Below, piece by piece: positions 1-6,351 of a stretch of 64,000 nucleotides of DNA (the first letter of the stretch is position 1; every line of letters begins with the position of its first letter). Position numbers and translations under genes: made by a program. Location: positions 112,110 to 176,109 of the forward strand of contig CAZPHC010000008.1 of NCBI GenBank assembly GCA_964586155.1. Direction: 5' to 3'. The DNA comes from an uncultured Enterobacteriaceae bacterium (lineage in GTDB: Bacteria > Myxococcota_A > UBA9042). Under the pieces are notes generated by a model, which saw only the letters and a program-made list of their open reading frames with translations, had not been told where the DNA came from and searched no databases.

Positions 1-388
1 GGTACAGGTCGATGCGGTCGGTGCGCAGGCGGCGCAGCGAGTCCTCGCAGGCACGCACGATGCGCAGGCGCGCGGCGCCGGTGTTGTTGCTGCCCGCGCC
101 CATGCGGAAGCGGAACTTCGTCGCCAGCACCACGTCGTCGCGGCGGCCCCGCGCCTCGAACCAGGCGCCGACCACGCGCTCGGACAGCCCGTCCTGGCCG
201 TAGACGTCGGCGCTGTCGAAGAAGTTGATGCCAGCGTCCAGCGCGCGGTCCATGATGGCGAAGCTGGTCGCGTCGTCGCAGCCGACCTTGTGCATGAACG
301 AGTTGGCGTCGGCCTCGCCGAACGTCATCGTGCCCAGGCAGAGCGGCGAGACACGCACCCCCGAGCGACCCAGCTGACGGACCTTCAT
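1..388 (-). CDS. aldo/keto reductase family oxidoreductase (N-terminal part; gene runs off the window start)
   Basis: Absent from the ORF track because there is no stop in the window. The reverse-strand ATG at 388-386 gives MKVRQLGRSGVRVSPLCLGTMTFG...LDAGINFFDSADVYG...LRTDRIDLY, a typical AKR N-terminus. GC3 is high. Confidence 0.8.
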   Translation of the reverse strand, partial: MKVRQLGRSGVRVSPLCLGTMTFGEADANSFMHKVGCDDATSFAIMDRALDAGINFFDSADVYGQDGLSERVVGAWFEARGRRDDVVLATKFRFRMGAGSNNTGAARLRIVRACEDSLRRLRTDRIDLY

Positions 389-489
389 CGTGGCTCCTTG
401 TGCGCGACGCCGGGCGGGCGGGCCGCGGCGCGCCCCGATGCTGTCGCACGGGCGGCTGCTGGCTGCAAGGCCTGCGCATCGCGGGCGCT

Positions 490-524
490 GGACCGTCGAC
501 CTCGACCCGGCGCAACCGCGCTGC
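490..524. repeat. 35-bp motif GGACCGTCGACCTCGAC-N4-CGCAACCGCGCTGC, copy 1
   Basis: 31 of 35 nt are identical to 4683-4717 by hand alignment. It lies in the divergent intergenic region between the AKR start (388) and the small ORF at 571. Confidence 0.5.
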
Positions 525-570
525 CACGCTCACGTGGCCGACCCAGCCGAGCCGGCCCGGACGAGTCACC

Positions 571-789
571 ATGAGCGATCACACCGAGCCCACCGACGAC
601 GCTGACCTCCGCATCGAGGTCGAACCCGGCGTTTGGCTCGACCTCCGGCCCGGCGCAGCGCGGGATGCCAACGGCTGCGACCTCTCGCTCATCGACGCCT
701 GCCTCGACAAGACGCCCTATGAGCGTGTCCTTGCCCTGCGCGGCCTGGCCGGCCTGCTGCAGGGCGTCGAGAGCGACCGTGAGCGCTGA
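571..789 (+). CDS. small hypothetical protein (72 aa)
   Basis: ATG at 571, in frame with track ORF 400..789. GC3 is high from MSDHTEPTDDADLRIEVEPGVWLDL... to the stop. I recognise no family. Confidence 0.5.
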   Translation: MSDHTEPTDDADLRIEVEPGVWLDLRPGAARDANGCDLSLIDACLDKTPYERVLALRGLAGLLQGVESDRER

Positions 790-996
790 GCTTGGCCGGA
801 TCGTCGACCTGCTCGTCGACGCCGAGGTGGAATCGCGGTGGGGTCCGGCGTCGTCGCAGCGACGATCTTCGCAGGGATGCCGGACCTGGCGCCCTACGGC
901 TCGACACACGCCCCCGCCTTGCAGGTGCCCTTGGTCGAGCAGGCGGCGCCACCTGGCAGGTTCAAGCACGCACAGCCGAGCTTGGGGTCGCAGCCG

Positions 997-2310
997 TCAT
1001 TGGTGCATGGGGGGTGGTGCGAGGAGGGCCTCGGTCGGGCAGCGACCATCCTCCAGGAACAGAATTCGCGATGGGGACCGCCCTCGGTGACCCTCCCACC
1101 CGACCGCGAGCCAGGTACCGTCGTCGGCCGAATAGAGGCGCCCACGCACCTGTTCGTGGCGTATCGAATATGCAATCGGAGTTGGACACCGGTGCAGGCC
1201 GCCGGCATCGAGGTGTCCGATGCGCAACTGCGAGCTACCACCGGGTCTCCATTCCGTCCACACGACCAGCACCTTCGCAGAGCCGCTGGTTCCGAGCGAA
1301 ACCGGCGGAATGTCGATGGCCCAGCACTGTCTGCACCGGGGGCGATCGTGCGTCGCATGGTCGATGCGAGCCCATTCCGCAACGTTGCCGAATGCGTCCA
1401 TGGCGAGGATCCGCCAAGGCAAGACACGGGCCACGGTCTTCGGATCGTTCCACTCGATCCCCGGTAGAGCCCATACCGCGTGGTCCCCTCCCGCCGATGG
1501 GGTCCACACACCCTGTCTGGCCAACACAATCGGCAGATCGCCGATGCCCGACAGCTCTCGAACGCCTTGCCGCCTGCCACTCCGGTCGATGCGCCAGAGT
1601 TCGTAAGCTTGGTGCTGCGGCGAACCGCGGGCCACGAGCAGGGCCCCGCCCCAAGACGTCGCCTGGAGCCCGATGATGCGAACGTCGTCCGCGACCGCGA
1701 TCTCATCGCCTCGGATCGGCTCAGACGCGACGTCGAGCCGTGCGCCGAACCACATCTTCGCGCCCCCTGGCTGGCCAAACGTGTTGGGCTCTTGAATCAA
1801 GGCGAGCGCACTTCCGTCGCGACGGGTCGATACGAGCAGGACCGCTGCCGCTCCCTCGGGAGTGCTCCAGGGCTTCACCGCGTGGCAGACCGTTTTCACG
1901 CCGGTGTCGTCGATTCGCACCAACGATCGATCACATCGACCCTGCGCTGTCCCAGGGATCCACGTCGCGTCGTGGTCGACCACCGCCCGCCAGCCCTGCA
2001 GTCCGCCGGCGACACGCGCCGAGTGGGTGAGCAATGCGCCGCTGCGGCCTTTTCGCAACCAGAACACGCTCGTGCCGCGCACATCTGGGGATGCACTGCC
2101 GCTGGCGTTGGCGCCGTCCCACCAATCGTCGTCGGCCAGTACGAGATCGACTTGCGTCGATGCGTGTGCGAGCGGGACAGCCGACGTCATACCGACGCGG
2201 AGATCCAGTTCAACCCAACGCGTGGTCGTCGGTGCACTGCACGAAGCGACAAGTGTCGAGATCAACAGACCCAGGCCAGCGACGGTCCAGACCGATGAAC
2301 CTACACACAT
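997..2310 (-). CDS. hypothetical lipoprotein, gene D of the orphan operon (possibly frameshifted at its 3' end; see findings)
   Basis: Internal ATG at 2310 of track ORF 997..2385 gives MCVGSSVWTVAGLGLLISTLVASC with lipobox LVAS-C. The body is beta-rich with no recognised family. It overlaps the gene C stop by 10 nt. Confidence 0.6.
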   Translation of the reverse strand: MCVGSSVWTVAGLGLLISTLVASCSAPTTTRWVELDLRVGMTSAVPLAHASTQVDLVLADDDWWDGANASGSASPDVRGTSVFWLRKGRSGALLTHSARVAGGLQGWRAVVDHDATWIPGTAQGRCDRSLVRIDDTGVKTVCHAVKPWSTPEGAAAVLLVSTRRDGSALALIQEPNTFGQPGGAKMWFGARLDVASEPIRGDEIAVADDVRIIGLQATSWGGALLVARGSPQHQAYELWRIDRSGRRQGVRELSGIGDLPIVLARQGVWTPSAGGDHAVWALPGIEWNDPKTVARVLPWRILAMDAFGNVAEWARIDHATHDRPRCRQCWAIDIPPVSLGTSGSAKVLVVWTEWRPGGSSQLRIGHLDAGGLHRCPTPIAYSIRHEQVRGRLYSADDGTWLAVGWEGHRGRSPSRILFLEDGRCPTEALLAPPPMHQ

Positions 2311-3377
2311 GTTCCCTTCTCGAACTTCTCGACCACGGTCGGAGTGCCACACTTGAGCGGGTATGTCTGTGCCTGGGCGAGACATTTCTCGACCGAAACA
2401 CCTCCCACGGGGTCGACGAAGGCGACGCTACCGGTCTGATCCTTGCTGCAGCCAAAGTCGAAGATCGGCTTGCGCAGCCAGCAGGTCGCGAACTGGCAGC
2501 CGGGCTGACCGGACTCCTTGCAGCCACATTGGTCACAGGGTTGACCGCTCGTCGGCAAGCTTCCCTTCGGGGGGCAATCACAACGCCAGTCCCCGGCCGG
2601 GCACGCGCACCCGCACGCGTCGTTGCTCCACGCCCACCAAGCCCCCTTGGTCGACGCACAGTCAATGGGTTCCTCGACACAATCGCAGTCGCAGGTACCA
2701 AGATTCAGGAAGGTCCCAGGCTTGCAGGCGTAGGCAGGGTCCAACTCCTGCAAGCAGACGCAGGGACAACCTGGCTTGTGGATGTCGACGAATTTGCCTG
2801 GCGGGCAGGTGACGGGCGTTCCGCAGTGACACACGACGTCATCGGGATCGATGCAGACGCATTCGCAGCCGCGCTTTGGGTCCCGGACCTTCCCAGGACC
2901 GCAGCGCTCGCCAAGGCAGAGTCTCTTGCCGTTGTGATCGTACATCAAGTCGACACGCGGGAACGGGCGTCCCTTCGGTGCGATTTGCGGGGCATCCTGC
3001 CACTCCGGCCCGAGTCCTGTTTGCGACCTTGGAGGTGGCGGCGGAGGAGGTGCCGACGGGCGGCGAAGAAGGGGGCGAGACCCGCTGCCCGTCTCCGCGG
3101 CGTGTTGCTCGTGGCCCCTTGGTCGGTGGAACGGTGCCGTGACGAGCAACACCTCGCCCAGCCGCCCCGACCGTTCGGCGCCGAGGGACGGGACGGACGC
3201 CGTGAGCATGCCCGCGGATCGCGCGTTCATCGGCGGCACCTCGAAGGTCGCCTGCCCCCGCGCATCGCTGCGCGCCGCCCACCGCTGGCCGCGCCAACCC
3301 TGCGCCGTGAGCAGCACGTCGACGCCCGGCACGGGCCGGCCTTGCGGGTCGACGATCCAAGCCGAGACGGCGGTCAT
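2301..3377 (-). CDS. gene C: carboxypeptidase-regulatory-like (Ig-like) N-domain, poly-Pro linker and a 30-Cys C-terminal half with CXCXC repeats
   Basis: ATG at 3377 (MTAVSAWIVDPQGRPVPGVDVLLTAQG...ATFEVPP) forms an ATGA overlap with the gene B stop. A PPPPPPP linker follows. The Cys-rich half contains CECVC, CPCVC, CDCDC and CGCAC motifs. There is no signal peptide. Confidence 0.7.
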   Translation of the reverse strand: MTAVSAWIVDPQGRPVPGVDVLLTAQGWRGQRWAARSDARGQATFEVPPMNARSAGMLTASVPSLGAERSGRLGEVLLVTAPFHRPRGHEQHAAETGSGSRPLLRRPSAPPPPPPPRSQTGLGPEWQDAPQIAPKGRPFPRVDLMYDHNGKRLCLGERCGPGKVRDPKRGCECVCIDPDDVVCHCGTPVTCPPGKFVDIHKPGCPCVCLQELDPAYACKPGTFLNLGTCDCDCVEEPIDCASTKGAWWAWSNDACGCACPAGDWRCDCPPKGSLPTSGQPCDQCGCKESGQPGCQFATCWLRKPIFDFGCSKDQTGSVAFVDPVGGVSVEKCLAQAQTYPLKCGTPTVVEKFEKGTCV

Positions 3378-3688
3378 GAGCGCCTCCTGGAGTCGTCCGA
3401 AACGTCGATGACGGCGACCTGCTGCGCACCGGCCCACGAGCCAGCGTACCAAGCGTTCTGGACGATGTCGCCAAGTTCTTCGACGCGGAGCGTGAGTGGC
3501 CCGGTCGCAGCCGAGACGCGGATTCCAATCAGCGCAATCGCTTTGGGGTCAGGAGTGACATAGAACGCGTTGGCGTCCTCGATCGGCGCGATCATCAAAG
3601 CGACGCGGTGGGGCGACGCCGGGACGAGCGGGGCCGGGTTGACGGCGCCGACGGCGACGTTGACGACGGAGTACTTGGCCGATCGCAT
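3374..3688 (-). CDS. gene B: hypothetical 104-aa protein
   Basis: ATG at 3688 shares its A with the TGA stop of gene A (TGATG). The translation is MRSAKYSVVNVAVGAVNPAPLVPASPHRVALMIAPIEDANAFYVTPD... with high GC3. There is no signal peptide and no recognised family. Confidence 0.65.
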   Translation of the reverse strand: MRSAKYSVVNVAVGAVNPAPLVPASPHRVALMIAPIEDANAFYVTPDPKAIALIGIRVSAATGPLTLRVEELGDIVQNAWYAGSWAGAQQVAVIDVSDDSRRRS

Positions 3689-4518
3689 CAACGACCTCCG
3701 CAGGCGCCGCCGCAGCCACAGCCGCCGCCCTTGCCACAGCCGCAGCCGCCCCTGCCCGCCGCGGTGCCGACGCGCTGGAGCAGCAGAAAGCCCTTGCCGG
3801 CCGCCGGGGTGCCGGCGCCAGGCTGGTAGAGCTCGACGGACGGCGGCGCGATGGCGTCGAAGGTGCAGAGCACGCCGGAGGTCTCGGGCCTCGGCAGCGA
3901 GGGCTCTTCGGACGAGCCGGCGGGCAGCGAGAATGCGCCGGGCCGAAGGGTCTGCCCCGGCGGCAGCAGGCGCATGGCGACGACGAAGTCCTGGTAGTGG
4001 CGGATGCCGAGGACGCGGTAGGAGCCAGCGGGCAAGCGGACGCCGAGTGTGAGGCTGGCGCTCTGCCATTTGGTGGTGACCGAAGCGCTGCTGGGAGCGC
4101 CGCAGGTGTAGGGGACCCAGCCGACGGGCTCGGGCCCCGGGCATTGGAGCTGGTCGGCGAAGAAGACGCCGACGTCGTAGACGATGGAGGTCTCGAGGGC
4201 GGCGAGCACGGCGAGCGGGTCGCCGACCTGCAGGGGCGTGGGGTACATCGAGAGGTCGAGGGTGAGCGGTGCGTCTGCGGGCGCGAAGACGGGGGAGATG
4301 GCGGGCCGGCCGAGCTCGTTGAATGCGGGCAGGTCGAGGAACGCGGCGCTGTCGGTGCTGACGGTGGCGACGCGCGCGCCGGCTCCGATGAGGAGCAAGG
4401 ACTTGGACATCTGGAGCTGGTCGGTGAGGGCGGGGATGACCGAATCCGCGACGGGTGTGAGCGCGACGTTGGTGGTCGCGCTGCTGGTGCCGCGGAACAT
4501 CGAGAAGTGGACTGGCAT
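3688..4518 (-). CDS. gene A: hypothetical 276-aa protein ending in a Gly/Cys tail (GRGGCGCGKGGGCGCGGACGGR)
   Basis: ATG at 4518 is preceded by GGAGG (CGGAGGCCAGATG). The translation is MPVHFSMFRGTSSATTNVALTPVADS... with high GC3. There is no signal peptide and no recognised family. Confidence 0.7.
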   Translation of the reverse strand: MPVHFSMFRGTSSATTNVALTPVADSVIPALTDQLQMSKSLLLIGAGARVATVSTDSAAFLDLPAFNELGRPAISPVFAPADAPLTLDLSMYPTPLQVGDPLAVLAALETSIVYDVGVFFADQLQCPGPEPVGWVPYTCGAPSSASVTTKWQSASLTLGVRLPAGSYRVLGIRHYQDFVVAMRLLPPGQTLRPGAFSLPAGSSEEPSLPRPETSGVLCTFDAIAPPSVELYQPGAGTPAAGKGFLLLQRVGTAAGRGGCGCGKGGGCGCGGACGGR

Positions 4519-4666
4519 CTGGCCTCCGAAAGGTTGCGGCTGGACGGCTGGACCGAAACCGCTTGACATGTGGATGCTGTGAGAATGCTCGCTCGCTCGC
4601 TCGCTCGCTCGCTCGCTCGCTCGCTCGCAAGCGAAACTTGCAGGCCCAGAAAATTCTTCACACACG
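4492..4666. repeat. duplicated leader block, copy 1 (first 9 codons of gene A, its RBS and upstream region)
   Basis: 4492-4592 matches 6174-6274 with 4 mismatches in 101 nt and no indels (hand alignment, constant offset 1682). After the (GCTC) tract the similarity resumes (GCAAGCGAAAcTTGCAGGCC) and then decays. Confidence 0.85.
4587..4628. repeat. tetranucleotide microsatellite (GCTC)x10 (GAGC on the minus strand)
   Basis: I counted ten perfect GCTC units at 4587-4626 plus a trailing GC. The tract lies about 70 nt upstream of the gene A ATG. The paralogous block at 6268-6276 has only GCTCGCGCGC. Confidence 0.95.
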
Positions 4667-4667
4667 T

Positions 4668-5072
4668 TCACAAATGGCCGTCGGACCGTCGACCTCGACG
4701 CGACGCAACCGCGCTGCAGCCCGCGAACACGGCCTGCGGGATGCCGAGCAACACCGGATGCACCGGCAGCGCCAGCAGCTTCTCCTTCGCCAGGGTCGCG
4801 AACAGGCCGAACATCGGCCAATCCCAGGACGTGCCGGGCAGCAACGCGCCGAAGCCCACCGTCAGCAGCGCGATGGCGAGGCCGACGCCTGCCGCGACGG
4901 CGCTCCAGCCGCTGAGGCGGAACGCGTCGAGGCCAACCTCTCGATCGCCGGGGCCGCCACATCGCCGGGCCGCGCACGCGGCGTTGCCAACCCGGCCTCG
5001 GTGCCACGTTGAGCCGACCATGCGCGCCGGCATGGGGTTGGGGCGGTGTGTCCGCTGGTCATGCAGGTGCAC
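4668..5072 (-). CDS. possible small membrane protein (start uncertain; ATG 5021 is also possible)
   Basis: GC3 is high only in the distal two thirds (LSGWSAVAAGVGLAIALLTVGFGALLPGTSWDWPMFGLFATL...). There are two hydrophobic segments. The 3' end overlaps the 35-bp motif copy. Confidence 0.3.
   Translation of the reverse strand: MHLHDQRTHRPNPMPARMVGSTWHRGRVGNAACAARRCGGPGDREVGLDAFRLSGWSAVAAGVGLAIALLTVGFGALLPGTSWDWPMFGLFATLAKEKLLALPVHPVLLGIPQAVFAGCSAVASRRGRRSDGHL
4683..4717. repeat. 35-bp motif, copy 2
   Basis: GGACCGTCGACCTCGACgcgaCGCAACCGCGCTGC, compared with 490-524. Confidence 0.5.
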
Positions 5073-5249
5073 TTGCGACGGATCTTGGCGTTGCCAGCGA
5101 ATTCGTGACGCCGGATCTTGGCTCCGTCCTGGGCGCCGTCACCAAGGGCCACAACGAGTCCAAGTCGTCAGCGACGCTCTCCTGCCCGGATCGATGCCAG
5201 GTTCGTGGAGCTGCGCGCCGTGTCGCACCGCTTCGCGTCCCAGCGCAGA

Positions 5250-5633
5250 TCAGCACCAACACGCGCAGCCGACGTTGGCCAACATCCGCGTGTCGGCCGT
5301 CAGCAACACCGCGCGTTCGACCTCGGCCTGGGCCGCGATGAGGCGATCGAATGGGTCGCGCGTCCACGCAGCCGGCAACGCCGCGGCGACGACTTCGGCG
5401 AAGGGATGTTGCGAGATGCGCAGGCCGATCCGGCGATGCAAGTCGCCAACCACGACGTCGGCTGCCACGGTGGTACGGCCGATCTCGTGCAGGTATTGCA
5501 GCTCGAGTAGCACCATCGGCGAGATGACCACACGAGCGCCCTCGAGCCGCGCAGCCACGGGCGCGAGCCGGGCACGGTCGCCAGCGTAGAGCCAAACCAC
5601 AACGTGGGTATCGAGGTGGACTACGGCTGCCAC
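5250..5633 (-). CDS. vapC: PIN-domain type II toxin (VapC family)
   Basis: GTG at 5633 overlaps the antitoxin stop. The translation is VAAVVHLDTHVVVWLYAGDRARL...DPFDRLIAAQAEVERAVLLTADTRM, 127 aa, with the typical LDTH..W and DPFDR PIN motifs. Confidence 0.8.
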   Translation of the reverse strand: MAAVVHLDTHVVVWLYAGDRARLAPVAARLEGARVVISPMVLLELQYLHEIGRTTVAADVVVGDLHRRIGLRISQHPFAEVVAAALPAAWTRDPFDRLIAAQAEVERAVLLTADTRMLANVGCACWC

Positions 5634-5845
5634 GCGTCGCTCCAGTCGACCCTGGCGAGATCGTCGGGATCGCCCCGCACGACGTCCGAGCGCTCGACGA
5701 GTCGGTCGAGACGGCACGGCGGGTCGTCCGGCACGATGCGCAGCACCCGGCCGTGACGGAGGATCTCGACAGGTTCGCCGCTCTCGAGCACGGCGTCGAG
5801 GACCCGGTAGAGGTTGCTGCGGAGCTCGGTGGCGGTGAGCGACAT
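5621..5845 (-). CDS. Phd/YefM-type antitoxin
   Basis: ATG at 5845 follows GGGAGGGAACC. The translation is MSLTATELRSNLYRVLDAVLESGEPVEILRHGRVLRIVP... It sits immediately upstream of, and overlaps, the PIN toxin gene. Confidence 0.8.
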   Translation of the reverse strand: MSLTATELRSNLYRVLDAVLESGEPVEILRHGRVLRIVPDDPPCRLDRLVERSDVVRGDPDDLARVDWSDAWQP

Positions 5846-5855
5846 GGTTCCCTCC

Positions 5856-5892
5856 CGTACGTTTATAACGTACGTGCGCACTTGGCGTACGT
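5856..5892. promoter_or_regulatory. candidate operator of the toxin-antitoxin operon
   Basis: CGTACGTT-TAT-AACGTACG is an 8+8 inverted repeat at 5856-5874, 11 nt upstream of the antitoxin ATG. A third CGTACGT half-site lies at 5886-5892. The region is locally AT-rich (TATAA). Confidence 0.5.
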
Positions 5893-6200
5893 CAATGCCA
5901 GCGCGCAGTAGGGTCCCCCACGTGGTGTGGAAACGGAACGAGGTCGAGCCCGGGAACGTCGCTTTGGGGGCCTACGTGCCGTCTCCAACCACTCGGGCAC
6001 TCCACGGTGACCTGGATGAGGCGCTGCAGACGACTGGCGTCGACTTCGGGACGAGGTGGTTCGACGTTCAGTGCAGCGATGTGTCCTGCGTCGGGGCGGG
6101 AGGGACGGCCAATGACGAGCCCAAGCCAGCGGCCACGGGGCGTGACTTCCGCCGGACTCCTCGTGATTCTCGGGCGGAACATGGAGACGTGGACAGGCAT
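5892..6200 (-). pseudogene. 102-codon ORF behind leader copy 2, either a remnant or a divergent paralogue of gene A
   Basis: It starts MPVHVSMFR (gene A starts MPVHFSMFR) behind the same RBS and then diverges completely. GC3 is clearly lower than in neighbouring genes. Confidence 0.3.
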
Positions 6201-6317
6201 CTGGCCTCCGAAAGGTCGCGGCTGGACGGCTGGACCGAAACCGCTTGACATGTGGATGCTGTGAGAATGCTCGCGCGCAAGCGAAATCTGCAGGCCGCAC
6301 GAAAACTCCGCACAAGT
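6174..6317. repeat. duplicated leader block, copy 2
   Basis: See 4492-4666. It has the same orientation and lacks the (GCTC) expansion. Confidence 0.85.
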
Positions 6318-6351
6318 CTCCGAGCGACTCGCAGGACCACGAGACGGGCCC

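Noticed and set aside
780-894. GTG-initiated stretch VSAELGRIVDLLVDAEVE... after the small ORF, resembling the start of a nucleotidyltransferase-type toxin. That would make 571-789 its antitoxin.
   Set aside because: The frame loses GC3 bias and coding character within about 25 codons, and the region then overlaps the 3' end of gene D on the other strand. At best it is a short remnant, with too little sequence to support a call.
3688-3756. Gly/Cys tail of gene A as a RiPP (microcin B17-like azole peptide) core.
   Set aside because: No YcaO cyclodehydratase, dehydrogenase, radical-SAM, lanthionine synthetase or peptidase/exporter gene is visible anywhere in the window. A 250-aa leader would also be atypical. 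I keep it only as a compositional curiosity in the findings.
997-4518. A-D operon as a prophage structural module (jelly-roll capsid-like A and B, Ig-like domain in C).
   Set aside because: No terminase, portal, packaging ATPase, integrase, tail, lysis or replication genes lie nearby, and there are no att-like flanks apart from the 35-bp motif. The idea is untestable by eye, so it is left as something a structure search could address.
4563-4592. Plus-strand TTGACA ... TGTGAGAAT inside the leader block called as a firm promoter.
   Set aside because: The spacing between the -35-like and -10-like hexamers is only 12 nt. In copy 1 there is no convincing plus-strand gene downstream. It is mentioned in the findings but not annotated as a feature.
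4492-6317. Integron cassette or IS/MITE interpretation of the direct repeats around the VapBC module.
   Set aside because: There is no integrase or transposase and no attC-like imperfect palindrome structure. The repeat includes an RBS and the start of a CDS, and there are no terminal inverted repeats or target-site duplications that I can see.
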